The notes: generated by a model not told the origin, from the letters alone. Counted from the first letter of the stretch, positions 1-10,437 are shown. The stretch: 64,000 nt of DNA from Deltaproteobacteria bacterium (GCA_033763315.1 JANRKS010000040.1:128001-192000), one strand, 5' to 3'. Made by a program: numbers and translations.

Positions 1-3000
1 CAAACGCGCAACACGGCCGCTTTGCTTGAATCCACGAAAGATGAACGCGACGCCTTGTGCACAGCTTCGGGGGCTTTGGTGGCGTCGGTGCTCGACGCGC
101 GCACGCCCCTGCCCGATCTCGGCAGTTGCACGTCGGAGGCGGCCGCGAATGGCCTGGAGCAACTGATTCATAGTTGGAACGAATCAAAGCTCGCGCTTTC
201 GCAATTTGCCGGCTGGTCGTCCGGCGAAAGCGATTCGTTGCCGCGCGCGCCTGCTTTGGGCGTGGGAGCGTCGCCCGTTGTGCGACGCATTTTGGGTGGC
301 GGACGCATCGATCCCCCCCTGCCCTACCGCCGTTTGTTGATCGAGGCCGTACGCCTCGTGGCGCCCAAACATTTGCGGCGCTTGCGCGCGGCAGGCAGCG
401 CCACATTGGATGCGTGGTTTACGTCTTCGGCTGAACTTGAAGCGGCGTTTTTGACAGAGGCGCAGGCGGTGCTCGCCGCACGCGGCACGGGGCTCGGCCC
501 AAGGCAAGCCGCGGCTTTGCGGTTTGTACAAAGCTTTCAGGATTTGGTGGGATGCGAAACGCACGCGTGGTTGCGCGAATGTCCGCGCGCCCGTCGTTTG
601 CAGGCGTTTCTCGAAAGCAGCGCGCCTCTTATCGTGCGGCAACGCCTGCAGGAGATCTGGGTGCAGCCTTGCGCTGAAGTGCGCTCGAAGGTTGTGTTGT
701 CATGGCTGCGTGAGCTCCCGTCGTCGCAAGTGTCCACCGGCGAAGCGGATTGGGATCAGATTATACAAACCGCGTACGACAAACTCGTGTCGTGCTACCT
801 CGCCACCAATGGCCACGAACAGAAGTTTGCCGGTTGGTTTGCCGAGCGCCTGCCACAAGCGCATGTGCTCACAACCACGGGCCTGCATGATGTGGATGCC
901 TTGCGCGCCAAGTGGGTGTCGACCAGCGCCGAAGCGGCCTGCCTTGAAACTGTGAACGCGCTACGCACATTGCAAACGCCCACGCGCTGCGCGTTGCCGG
1001 AGATGGTGGCCGAACCACTGCGGCGTTGGTTTGGTCGCGCGTCCACCGCGGCAGCGGGCGCGGATGGAACTGTGGCGCAGGCCTGCGCTCACTACGTTCG
1101 TGCCTTGTGGGACGGCAACGAAGCACGCGTGCTTGGTTCATACCCTGGCCCGCCCACAGCGGCGGCCTTGGTGCGCGTGGATCGCGAAACAGCGTTTCGC
1201 CCCATCAAGAGTTTGCGCGTGTTGTGCGACACCCGCGTGGGCGCCCCGCAGGAGTTTGTAAACGACATGCGCCGCGTGGGGGCCGTGGCTCGCGCCGCCG
1301 GCGAAGATCTCACCGAGATGCCTTGGCGTTTAAGCAACGAGGCCGAGGCCCCTGAAGAAGCCGCACGTTATCAGCAGGCATCTTCCATCGTGTCGTGGGT
1401 CGCGCGGCGCGTGCGTGGTGAAGAGCCGTGCGACGCTTTGGGCTTGGGCGCTCAAACGTGCAAGGCCTGTGAACAGGATGGTCAAAACAGCCGCTACGAT
1501 TGCGGCCTCTTGGCGTCGCTCACCGCCCGATGGTCTCGCTTTAACAACATCACGTTCGGCTTGGGCGGCCTCTTGTTGGCGCTCATCGTTCTGCTGGTGT
1601 GGAGCTTACGTTTGGCGCGCGCGTGGGCCGCGTACGGTCCTTGGCGGCGCGAACTGCGCGGCCACCTCGAAAGCATGGGACTGCCAGTGGCGCCCGACGC
1701 GCGCCGCTTGTTGTGGCCATCGCGTATGGGCACGTTGTTGGTGAACTTGCCACCCGGGCCCGCGTGGGAACGCTGGGGCACAGCCGCCGTCATCACTCGT
1801 GCCGAAAAAGGCGCTGCGGTCAGCTCACGCGATGTCACACGCGCCGCTTTGAGCGCCCGTTCGCAAGGCGCAGAGCTGGCGATGTTGTGCCATCAGGAAG
1901 GCGCCGCCCCCGATTTATCGGCGGTGCGCGCGATCTTGGATTGGGCGGCACGCGGGCCGCACAAGGCGATGCAGATCTTGCCCATCTCCGTCGAGCGCTT
2001 GCGCTGGATCCGCACGCCCGAAGATCTTTTGGATCTGATCGAGCAAACATCCTTGCGCGGCAACCCCTTCGAGGTGCGCGGGCGTCTCGTGTCTTCGAGC
2101 CAATTTTTCAACCGTGAACGTTTGGTTTCAGGCTTGATCTCGGCGTGCGAGGCTGGCCATTGGACCATCGTCACGGGCTTGCGCCGGTTCGGCAAATCAT
2201 CGTTGGCGCTGGAGGTCGCGCGACGTTTGCAAGGCGCTTATGCCTACGTTGACTTGGCCGGCTTTCACCATGAAGTGTCGTCGTCAAGCGACGCGTCTCG
2301 CGTGGCCGACGGCATCTTACGATACGTGTGCGAGCAATTCCACGGCTCGGCCCAGAAGGTTCATCAGGCCACGGATCTTCCGCCCGTTCCACAAACCGGC
2401 GACTCACTTGACGCCGGTGCCCTTTCGGTGTGGATGCGCGACATGGTCAGCGCATGCCGCAAAGCCAGCGGTGGCCGTCCTGTCACGTTGCTCTTAATCC
2501 TTGATGAGGTGGAACAAGCGATAGGCGTGGGCCCGCAGCGCATCGCAAACGCGCTGGACGTGGTGTCGGTGTTGGTGGGCCGTTTGCGTGCGGTTCTGAA
2601 CAACGCGCAGTTGTCCCAAGGCGGCGACAAAGTGGGCGTATTGTTCTGCAGCGCCTTGCACCCGTTGTTGTGGGCGCCCCTCTCAACGCTCTCGAACCAA
2701 TCGTTATTGGGTGCTTTTCCCAGCGTGTTTGTGCCACGTCTACCGCAAGAAGCCGCGCAGGCGATGATGCGTGGTCTGGGCGCGCGCCAAGGCGTTCGCT
2801 TCACGGACGCGGCGTTGGACTTGATCATCCGCGAAGCGCAAGGCATTCCGATCTTGGTGCGCCGCATGGGCTCTGCCGTCTTGGAGCTCTACGATCCCGA
2901 ACGCGCGCGGCAAGGCAGTTTGGGCGCCGTGGAAATCGGCATCGAAGGCGCCAGCGCCGCGGTTCGTCGCGAAGAAGAAGATGGAGCGCCGCTGCGCGTG

Positions 3001-3339
3001 TGGGTGGAATCGGAGATTGGCGATGCGCACAACCCCGCCGGCGTGTTGTTGCGGGCCTTAGCCGTGGCGGGGCGCATGCCGGTGGAGGATTTGCGCCGCA
3101 CCGCCGCGCAAGTCACGAAGGAACAGTTCGTCGATTCGGGCATTGCCGCCTTGTTGAGCCCCGAAGAAACCGCACGCCGCGCGGCCGAAGCCGCTGGATA
3201 CATCGTGCGCATGTTGGGCGAAATTGGCATCCTTGTACCCGAAGGCGACGAGACACAACCCGAGGCTTATTCGTTTCCCGAGTCCTTGGTTCGCCGCATT
3301 TTAGCCACGCCTCGACGCGATTCGCTGATGGGATTTTGA
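1..3339 (+). CDS. Large membrane-anchored STAND/AAA-type ATPase, 5'-truncated (N-terminal unknown domain, TM helix, ATPase)
   Basis: Frame is open from base 1, so the true start probably lies upstream of the window. Hydrophobic segment FGLGGLLLALIVLLVWSL; pre-ATPase motif NPFEVRG..FFNRE; Walker A GLRRFGKSS; Walker B LLILDEVE; GxP motif QGIP. Confidence 0.75.
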   Translation, partial: QTRNTAALLESTKDERDALCTASGALVASVLDARTPLPDLGSCTSEAAANGLEQLIHSWNESKLALSQFAGWSSGESDSLPRAPALGVGASPVVRRILGGGRIDPPLPYRRLLIEAVRLVAPKHLRRLRAAGSATLDAWFTSSAELEAAFLTEAQAVLAARGTGLGPRQAAALRFVQSFQDLVGCETHAWLRECPRARRLQAFLESSAPLIVRQRLQEIWVQPCAEVRSKVVLSWLRELPSSQVSTGEADWDQIIQTAYDKLVSCYLATNGHEQKFAGWFAERLPQAHVLTTTGLHDVDALRAKWVSTSAEAACLETVNALRTLQTPTRCALPEMVAEPLRRWFGRASTAAAGADGTVAQACAHYVRALWDGNEARVLGSYPGPPTAAALVRVDRETAFRPIKSLRVLCDTRVGAPQEFVNDMRRVGAVARAAGEDLTEMPWRLSNEAEAPEEAARYQQASSIVSWVARRVRGEEPCDALGLGAQTCKACEQDGQNSRYDCGLLASLTARWSRFNNITFGLGGLLLALIVLLVWSLRLARAWAAYGPWRRELRGHLESMGLPVAPDARRLLWPSRMGTLLVNLPPGPAWERWGTAAVITRAEKGAAVSSRDVTRAALSARSQGAELAMLCHQEGAAPDLSAVRAILDWAARGPHKAMQILPISVERLRWIRTPEDLLDLIEQTSLRGNPFEVRGRLVSSSQFFNRERLVSGLISACEAGHWTIVTGLRRFGKSSLALEVARRLQGAYAYVDLAGFHHEVSSSSDASRVADGILRYVCEQFHGSAQKVHQATDLPPVPQTGDSLDAGALSVWMRDMVSACRKASGGRPVTLLLILDEVEQAIGVGPQRIANALDVVSVLVGRLRAVLNNAQLSQGGDKVGVLFCSALHPLLWAPLSTLSNQSLLGAFPSVFVPRLPQEAAQAMMRGLGARQGVRFTDAALDLIIREAQGIPILVRRMGSAVLELYDPERARQGSLGAVEIGIEGASAAVRREEEDGAPLRVWVESEIGDAHNPAGVLLRALAVAGRMPVEDLRRTAAQVTKEQFVDSGIAALLSPEETARRAAEAAGYIVRMLGEIGILVPEGDETQPEAYSFPESLVRRILATPRRDSLMGF

Positions 3340-3344
3340 TCGCC

Positions 3345-4469
3345 ATGCAATACACAACACAAAGCTTGGCAGCCAACGATCCCCGCTGGGTCGATCGACA
3401 ACCCGGTGTGGCCGAGATTGAACGCATGTTCCCTTCGCCCGTGGCTGAGGGCAAAGGCCGCAAAGCGGTCGAGGGTGGGGTGTCGGTGGTCGCGGGCCCA
3501 GGCATGGGCAAAACCAGTTTGCTCGCGCAACTGGCCGCGAAGCTGCATCGCGATCGACGACTCATCACAGCACAGATCACAATTCCGGATGTCGGCTCAT
3601 ATGCGGACGAAGCGGGTTTCTACGCCTTCTTAGGCGAGATCGTCTTGCGGACGCGGCAATCACTTCTGCAAGCCATGCAAGGCATCACACCGCCGGCCGC
3701 ACAAGACGCTTCGTACAACGAAATCCACGCCGCTTTGCAACTTGAGCCTTCGTGGGATGTGCCTGAAACCCAGGCCATGACACCACGGGGCTTCGAACGT
3801 TTCATCGCCACGCTGGCGCAAGCCGCCTTGCACACGCCTGGTATTTGCTTGTTGTTCGATGACGTTGATAAAGTGGCGACGGCGCCTTGGAAGGGGCCGT
3901 TCATTTCGGCCCTCCGTTTCGTGTTCCAGGCCTCGTCCGGCATCACGCCCATCTACGCCCTGTGGACGCTGTTCGGCGATGAATCGCTGCCGGGCTCAAA
4001 CTATTTTCGCAACGTCACCCGTCCGGTGTTTCTTGAACCGCTATCGGCCGATGCATCAACACCGGGCTCGCGTTTCGAGCTGGTCGCTGTCGGCTTTCCC
4101 GAATTGGTGCCTAGCACACGCCTCGCCATCTCGCGTTTGGTCGGTGGGCACCCGCTGTTGTTGCAAAAGTTCTTGGCCGATCTGGCTCAACGTGTGCCTG
4201 ACGTCGACGCGCGCGCACAGCTGGGGCCGGAACACTTGGCAGCGGCCCTGGGCCCTGATGCGGTGGCAGAGCAACAGCAGCTCGTGGCAACGTTGCTGTC
4301 GATGTCAGCGCGCCTTGGCACCGCCTTGGCCGATCTTGAAGGCAAGGGCTTGCCTTACGCCAGTTTGCCGCGCGGTTTGGTGGCCTCGGGTTTTGTCGAC
4401 AAAGACGACGAGGGCTTCGCAACACTCATAGAGCGCGCGCGCGAGGTGCTGTTGCCGGGCACGCCTTAA
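3345..4469 (+). CDS. Stand-alone STAND/AAA-type ATPase (~374 aa)
   Basis: ATG at 3345, 5 nt after the upstream stop. Walker A AGPGMGKTS, Walker B LLFDDVD, GxP motif GGHP. The ORF-track extension to 2670 overlaps the upstream gene and is rejected. Confidence 0.75.
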   Translation: MQYTTQSLAANDPRWVDRQPGVAEIERMFPSPVAEGKGRKAVEGGVSVVAGPGMGKTSLLAQLAAKLHRDRRLITAQITIPDVGSYADEAGFYAFLGEIVLRTRQSLLQAMQGITPPAAQDASYNEIHAALQLEPSWDVPETQAMTPRGFERFIATLAQAALHTPGICLLFDDVDKVATAPWKGPFISALRFVFQASSGITPIYALWTLFGDESLPGSNYFRNVTRPVFLEPLSADASTPGSRFELVAVGFPELVPSTRLAISRLVGGHPLLLQKFLADLAQRVPDVDARAQLGPEHLAAALGPDAVAEQQQLVATLLSMSARLGTALADLEGKGLPYASLPRGLVASGFVDKDDEGFATLIERAREVLLPGTP

Positions 4470-5764
4470 CGCGTACCCCACTTTTCTTCGCGAACCGTGA
4501 TGATGGCGTACGGCAAGATCCAGGTCAGGCCGAGAAACGAAAACAGCGCATAGACGGCGCCCCACAGGAACCGCAGACCCTTTTGCGCGCGCAAGTAGTA
4601 AAGCGAAGCGAGGGCCGCCATCACAGCCCCGGCGGTCAGGCCCGCTGCCAACTGGGCCGGCCGGCGCAGCACGGCGCCCGGCAAAGCCACCAAACCCACG
4701 AACACGTAAATCAAGCGGAAGCTGCTGGTGAAAAACCCAAGGATCGGAAACAGGCGGTTGCCGGGACGGTATTTCGTGAACATGAACTTCGCGAAGGAGA
4801 AGCCTTCCACGACGTAGCTGCGATCCCATCGCGTCAACATGCGCGTGAGCTGCTTATAAGTTTGCGGCACCAACGTCCACACCACGGCGTTACGCTGGTA
4901 AACGGTTTCGTAACCGGCCTTCAAAACGATGTTCGTCAGTGCCTGATCTTCGCCATGGCCCACCGGGCGACCCAAGAACGATTGGTTTACCCATTCGTCC
5001 ATGTGCGGCAAGATCACCGCGCGGCGAAACGCCGAAAGCGCGCCAGGGCAAACGAACACAGCGCCGAAGGTCGACTGAGCGGCCCGCGACAGATCGAAGC
5101 TCAGTGTGAATTGAACGTCCAACATGCGGCCAATCAGGTATTGCGCGTTTAGCACCCGCACCCAACCAGCCACACCCGCCACGCGTGGGTTGGCAAACGG
5201 GGCCGCCAAGGCACGCAGCGTGTGAGGCTCTATCTCGCTGTCTGAATCGATCGTAATCACGATGTCACCACGCGCGCTCTCGAAGCCTGTACGCAGGGCC
5301 GCGCGCTTGCCTTGGTTGCCGCGGAACCGAATCAGCCGCACCACTTTCGGATAGATCTTGCGCAGCTTTTCCATGTGGAAAAACGTGTCGTCCCTAGAGC
5401 CGTCGTCCACCACAAGAATTTCAAGCTTGTCGTGAGGGTAATCGGCCTTCGCCACCGAGCGGATGCTTTGTTCAACCATCGGGCCTTCGTTGTAGGCGGG
5501 GATGATCACGGTCAGGATAGGCAGCTCCTCGTCAGGTGGCAGGGCCACGGGCCTGTATCTGAGCCACAGCGTGGTCACAAAGCACAGATGCAGGAATTCA
5601 AGCGTCACCAGGATCAAGATCGGAGACGACAAGAGCAACCGCGCTAGGCCAGCGGCACCCAGGTGCACGTTGGGCAAAAACACCAAGGCCAGCCCCAAGG
5701 CGGCCCCAAGCAACGGACACAACCCCAACAGGCGCTTGGGCAGGGGTTCAACGGGTTCCAACAT
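4466..5764 (-). CDS. GT2 processive glycosyltransferase (hyaluronan synthase/NodC/PgaC-like)
   Basis: IIPAYNE, VVDDGS, GKRAAL, DSDS, CPGALSAFRR, GED and a QxxRW-like MLTRW motif; N- and C-terminal TM helices. Start taken at MLEPVEP. Confidence 0.85.
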   Translation of the reverse strand: MLEPVEPLPKRLLGLCPLLGAALGLALVFLPNVHLGAAGLARLLLSSPILILVTLEFLHLCFVTTLWLRYRPVALPPDEELPILTVIIPAYNEGPMVEQSIRSVAKADYPHDKLEILVVDDGSRDDTFFHMEKLRKIYPKVVRLIRFRGNQGKRAALRTGFESARGDIVITIDSDSEIEPHTLRALAAPFANPRVAGVAGWVRVLNAQYLIGRMLDVQFTLSFDLSRAAQSTFGAVFVCPGALSAFRRAVILPHMDEWVNQSFLGRPVGHGEDQALTNIVLKAGYETVYQRNAVVWTLVPQTYKQLTRMLTRWDRSYVVEGFSFAKFMFTKYRPGNRLFPILGFFTSSFRLIYVFVGLVALPGAVLRRPAQLAAGLTAGAVMAALASLYYLRAQKGLRFLWGAVYALFSFLGLTWILPYAIITVREEKWGTR

Positions 5765-5875
5765 ACGGCATGCATACAACGAACACGGCCACGTGCGTGA
5801 GAAACCATGCACTTTTGCGGTCCCGCAGCCCGCCGCGTCGCGGGTGCACAGCCAGCGGCCCGGCGGGGCACGGGG

Positions 5876-7822
5876 TCAGTTGGGTGTCACGGCAAACGTC
5901 TGTGGGAACGAAACATACGTCTTGCCCGCCAGGGTTAACTGCGCTGTCAAGGCATGAACACCTTGGCTGAGGTCTGCATAACGGAACACGAGCGGCGCAT
6001 CGCCAGGCATGAAGGTGTGAACCAAGTTGGCAAAGTCGTAAATCTCGATTTTGCTCCAGGCCGCCATACTTGGCAGAACGCGCACCACAGCGTCGCGCGC
6101 CTCACCCACCTTCGCGTCATAGATCGGCGTGATGTGCACGGCACGCCTGTATGAACCATAAGCGGCCGCAACGTACGCGGTGGCCTTGTCGAGCAGCCAG
6201 CCTGTTTTGGAGGCATCGCCTGTAAAGCCCGCCGCGGGGAAGATCTGCGCCATCGTGGAGGGTTTTTGTTTGTCGGCGTCGTCGCCGCTTAAGGTCTGCA
6301 CCAAGAACGCTTTGTTTTCATCCACCGGCAACAACGGCAAAGCGCCTTGCGGGCTGCGCGCTTGCAGAGCGCGCGCGAAGAACGGCAGATAAAGCGCGTA
6401 TGACCCAAGTTCAAGGTGGCTGAACCGCTCCTTGGCAAAGAAGGCCTGGTGTGCGCCTTGCCCACGGGTGCTTTCGAGCGATTGCACCAAATCACTGACT
6501 GCAACGAGATCAACCGAATCACCGCACGTAAAGATGCTCGGAATGGCGCGGGCGGCGCCAGCAGACACTTGCGCTGGCATCGCGTATGCGTCCGCCACGA
6601 AGGCCACAACGCGCGACGCAAACTGGTTCGCAAACCGCGTGGCCCACACCGATCCGGCGGAAAAGCCATAAACCACGATCGGCACCGTGTTGAGCTCGGG
6701 GTGGTTGGACGCGTTGGCCAACTGTCGCAGACCCGCTTCAACCAGCGTTGGCGATTGATTCGTCACGTGTGCCAACACGGCCAAGTCATAAGCCCGGGCA
6801 AAGTTTGCAAGGTATTCCCGCGCGTCCCACACGCCGTTGGAATCGCCACAACATCCTGGAGATTCGATATAGATGCCTTTGACCTTTTGCACGCCAGGAG
6901 GGATCCACACATGCACGGGATCGCTGGTTGAAAACGTCATCGCCGGCTCTTTGGGCGGATCGCCGGCCACGCGCCTGATCTGAAAGTCGTCGATCACCAG
7001 CGGGGCGGAGCGATCCGCGTAGCCGCCAAAGGCAATTTCGCCCGAGGTTTTCGTCAACACAAACTCGGCGTCGCCACGCAGGACCAATCGATCTCGATCG
7101 TAGGCGCTTGCCACCGCCCGCACAACGCCAGGCCGTGCCAACGTCAGCGTCACGCGGAACTCGTAAAAGCGCTCGTCATTGATCATGGGCGTCAACGTCA
7201 CCAACGACTTTGGCTCAGGTTGCATGGCCAGCAGAGCACGGCTGCTTTCCAAATCACTGCCCTGCGCGAAAACAAACCCGTCATTGCCGGTTTCGCTCCA
7301 ATTGAATGTGATGCGTGGCGCTTGTTTGCGACCGCTTTGCGGAAAGAACGCGATCCATGCCTTTGGAAGAACGCTGGGGGCCAGGGCGGGCGACGGCACG
7401 ATCGGGGTGCTGTTGGATTGCACCCGCATCGAAACCACCAAAGGTCCGGATGCGAGATCGAAAGAATCGCTGGGCGTGCCATCAGGTGTGGAATCAACGA
7501 TCGCCGTGTGTTGGGTGAACGACTTCACTTGCAGCGCACCATCGGCAACGGTCAGGTGTGTTGTCGGTTCATCCACAACCACCTTTTTAAGATCGGTGGG
7601 CGAGTCGAACGTCAGATGCACGAGCACAGTGGGATCGGGCGGCGGCCCCTTGTCGGGAACATACGCGTCTTCGGCGGACGCATCTGCCGCCGGCCCTGGC
7701 GAGCCACCTCCATCACCGCCCGTGCCTCCGTCCACACCAGAGCCACCGCTGGCGCCCTCATCACCAGCACCTGAACAGGCGCTAAGCAAAGCGCAAACCA
7801 GCAGACAGCGGCTTTTCGTCAT
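5876..7822 (-). CDS. Lipoprotein with beta-rich N-terminal domain and C-terminal alpha/beta-hydrolase-like domain
   Basis: Lipobox LLSAC, Gly-rich tether, GxSxG nucleophile motif YGFSAGS, RBS-like AAGGTG upstream. Confidence 0.6.
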   Translation of the reverse strand: MTKSRCLLVCALLSACSGAGDEGASGGSGVDGGTGGDGGGSPGPAADASAEDAYVPDKGPPPDPTVLVHLTFDSPTDLKKVVVDEPTTHLTVADGALQVKSFTQHTAIVDSTPDGTPSDSFDLASGPLVVSMRVQSNSTPIVPSPALAPSVLPKAWIAFFPQSGRKQAPRITFNWSETGNDGFVFAQGSDLESSRALLAMQPEPKSLVTLTPMINDERFYEFRVTLTLARPGVVRAVASAYDRDRLVLRGDAEFVLTKTSGEIAFGGYADRSAPLVIDDFQIRRVAGDPPKEPAMTFSTSDPVHVWIPPGVQKVKGIYIESPGCCGDSNGVWDAREYLANFARAYDLAVLAHVTNQSPTLVEAGLRQLANASNHPELNTVPIVVYGFSAGSVWATRFANQFASRVVAFVADAYAMPAQVSAGAARAIPSIFTCGDSVDLVAVSDLVQSLESTRGQGAHQAFFAKERFSHLELGSYALYLPFFARALQARSPQGALPLLPVDENKAFLVQTLSGDDADKQKPSTMAQIFPAAGFTGDASKTGWLLDKATAYVAAAYGSYRRAVHITPIYDAKVGEARDAVVRVLPSMAAWSKIEIYDFANLVHTFMPGDAPLVFRYADLSQGVHALTAQLTLAGKTYVSFPQTFAVTPN

Positions 7823-7831
7823 GGTTCACCT

Positions 7832-9001
7832 TTACTTCGTGATGGTGGAACCAGAGACCTGTGGTGCGCCTTTGGCCTTCACGAATATGCCGGGATAGCC
7901 TTCGGTGTCGAAGCCTTTGTTGGGGTTGCCCGTCAACACGGAATCCTTGATGATCAGTGAGCCCGTGCTGTTGTTGCTGACAAAGAAGATGGCGCCGCCG
8001 CCTTCGTTGGCGCTGTTGTCGTGGATGGCAACGCCACACAGTGAAAGCGTAAATTCATTGCCGTCGTTGTAGATTGCCCCGCCATTGCCGCCACCCAAGT
8101 TGCCCGACGGCGGCGGTTCCATGCCGATGGCCTGGTTGTGGGAAAAAGCGCTATTGATCACCGTGAACGACACGCCCAACCCGCTGATGCCCCCACCGTT
8201 TGAACAAACATTCCCAAGTTTGTTGCCTGCTTTGTCTTCCCCTCCAAACGTGCTGTTGACGAAGTACGCGGGTTTGCCTTGAAACTGTGATTGCACGCGC
8301 ACGGCACCGCCGCCCAAATCGGGCGCGGCATCGATGCATATGTTGCGAAAGAAGCGTGAGTTCAAAATCTTCAGCCGTCCCCCCCGCACGAACACGGCAC
8401 CGCCACTTGGTTCGGGCTGTTGCCCCTTCGCGTTGCCATCGATGAACGTGAGGTTCTGCAGCGTCAGCTGCGGTGAATCCTGATCTTGGCAGTGATCGGT
8501 TGTGTACTTTTGCGCGGGGTCGCAGGTGTTTTGATACAGAATCCGCACCTTGCCACCACCACTCAAGGTGATCTTGGACCCACCATCGATAACGATCTTG
8601 GGGCCTGTGTCGTTCACGATCTTTGCAGTGCGATCCAGCACAATGGTCTTGGGCTCAGGCCCGCACGAAAACGTGATCACGCCCCCTTTGGCCACGGCAT
8701 TCACGAACGCCTCAGAGGTGCAGCTTTGCGGCGTGCCATCGCCCACCACCGTCCGCGGGTTGCTTACGTTTTCGAGCGCCGCTTCGCTGGGCACCGCACA
8801 CTTACCTGCAGGGTTACCCGCCGCAGGACCATCTTGGGCCGCATTCGTGGAGCCGCCGATCCCGATAGAGCCACCGGATGAGTTTACGGCCGATCCGGCC
8901 ATGCCCCCCGTCATGGCCATACCGCCAGCCTTGTCATCTGACGAAGAGCCACCGCAAGCCCCCCACGCCACCGCAGCCGCAAGCAAACACCAAGATTTCA
9001 T
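7832..9001 (-). CDS. Lipoprotein with right-handed beta-helix (pectin-lyase-like / GGAI-FxxN repeats)
   Basis: Start MKSWCLL with lipobox WGAC; repeated GGA(I/V) and FxxN motifs (SGGAVF, GGGAVR, NGGAIY, GGGAIF). Confidence 0.65.
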   Translation of the reverse strand: MKSWCLLAAAVAWGACGGSSSDDKAGGMAMTGGMAGSAVNSSGGSIGIGGSTNAAQDGPAAGNPAGKCAVPSEAALENVSNPRTVVGDGTPQSCTSEAFVNAVAKGGVITFSCGPEPKTIVLDRTAKIVNDTGPKIVIDGGSKITLSGGGKVRILYQNTCDPAQKYTTDHCQDQDSPQLTLQNLTFIDGNAKGQQPEPSGGAVFVRGGRLKILNSRFFRNICIDAAPDLGGGAVRVQSQFQGKPAYFVNSTFGGEDKAGNKLGNVCSNGGGISGLGVSFTVINSAFSHNQAIGMEPPPSGNLGGGNGGAIYNDGNEFTLSLCGVAIHDNSANEGGGAIFFVSNNSTGSLIIKDSVLTGNPNKGFDTEGYPGIFVKAKGAPQVSGSTITK

Positions 9002-9033
9002 GCACTCAAAATACACGAAGTCGCACGGGCGCT

Positions 9034-10437
9034 CTAGACAAAGGCCTTGGGTTGGCCCGTGGCTTCGATGACCGACATCCACAGATCGTCGGTGGGATCC
9101 ACGCGCTTTTGGCTACGCGTCGCCAACTCCATGGGCACATGCACAAAACGGCCATGCCATCGGCCGATGAGCATTTCCGTGTTGCCCGCCATCGCGGCAT
9201 GAACGGCGTTGCGCGCCATATTCCAGCAGAACACGCTGTCCGAAGGTGAAGCAGGCACGCTTCTGATTGTGTAGCTGGGATCAATGTACTTCAAGGTGAC
9301 CTCGCGTCCCGCACTCTTGAAGTGGTTGGTGATGCGATCCCGCAGAAACACGCCCACGTCCTTAAGACGCGCGTTGCCGCTTTTGTCTGACAACTCGGAA
9401 CGTTCCGCATCCGCGATTAGCTCTTGCGCCGCCCCTTCGGCCACAACCACCACAGCGTGGCCTTGCCGATCCAGAACACGCTCAAGGCAGCGATAGACCC
9501 CGCGTTCACCCTCCAGATGCGCTGGCACTTCCGGAATCAACACCAGATCCACATCAGTGCTGGCCAGGGCCGCATAGCAAGCCACGAAGCCCGAGTGGCG
9601 GCCCATCAGCTTCACGAGACCAATGCCGTTGCGGGCACCCGTGGCCTCCACGCGCGCGGCGCGAATCACTTCAACGGCCGCCGAGAACGCGCTTTCAAAC
9701 CCGAAGCTGCGATCGATGAAGTGGATGTCGTTGTCGATGGTCTTCGGCACGCCCACAACGGCGATTGCGGCGCCCCGACGGGCGATCTCCGCGGTCAGCT
9801 GCATGGCCCCGCGGATCGTCCCATCGCCACCCACCACGAACAGAACATTGATGCCCCACGCCTGAAGGTTGTCGACGACTTCGCTCGGGTTCTGCGACCC
9901 ACGCGACGATCCCAAAATCGTACCGCCTTCATGGTGGATGTGCGCCACCGATTGCGGTGTCAGATGCAAAGGCGCCTGCCCCAACCGCGAGACCATGCCT
10001 TCGTACCCGTATCGAAAGCCCATGATGTGGCGCACGCCATAGCCGCCGGCCATCTCAAGCACCAGCCCCCGAACCACGTTGTTGAGGCCAGGACACAAAC
10101 CGCCACACGTGACAATCCCACAGCGAACCGTCCGCGGATCAAAGAAGATCTTGTTGCGGGGGCCCGCCAATTCGAACGCGGGCAAATCTGCCAGGGCGTG
10201 CGCCCCCACCTGCGACAACACGTCATTGACCAGCACTTTGTCGGCCTCGCCCACGTAGTGCATCGCGGTCTCTCCCAGATGAGTGGCCACCGGCGAGGCG
10301 AAGTTGCATTTGCCTAAGTCTTTGATGGCGACGTCGGCGCGTGTGATCCGCCCCGCCAAACCGGGGGGACCTTGCACCTTCACCACATCCGGAACCGTTA
10401 ACGAAGAGGGCGATGAAGCCGGGCCATCAGAAGGCAT
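9034..10437 (-). CDS. pfkA: ATP-dependent 6-phosphofructokinase (long form)
   Basis: GIVTCGGLCPGLN, GGTILGSSRG, VGGDGT, GVPKTIDND, KLMGRHSGF. Confidence 0.92.
   Translation of the reverse strand: MPSDGPASSPSSLTVPDVVKVQGPPGLAGRITRADVAIKDLGKCNFASPVATHLGETAMHYVGEADKVLVNDVLSQVGAHALADLPAFELAGPRNKIFFDPRTVRCGIVTCGGLCPGLNNVVRGLVLEMAGGYGVRHIMGFRYGYEGMVSRLGQAPLHLTPQSVAHIHHEGGTILGSSRGSQNPSEVVDNLQAWGINVLFVVGGDGTIRGAMQLTAEIARRGAAIAVVGVPKTIDNDIHFIDRSFGFESAFSAAVEVIRAARVEATGARNGIGLVKLMGRHSGFVACYAALASTDVDLVLIPEVPAHLEGERGVYRCLERVLDRQGHAVVVVAEGAAQELIADAERSELSDKSGNARLKDVGVFLRDRITNHFKSAGREVTLKYIDPSYTIRSVPASPSDSVFCWNMARNAVHAAMAGNTEMLIGRWHGRFVHVPMELATRSQKRVDPTDDLWMSVIEATGQPKAFV

Noticed and set aside
2670-3344. 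N-terminal extension of the 599-aa ORF
   Set aside because: Overlaps the upstream ATPase gene in another frame and is Arg-rich shadow sequence; ATG 3345 just after the upstream stop is the better start.
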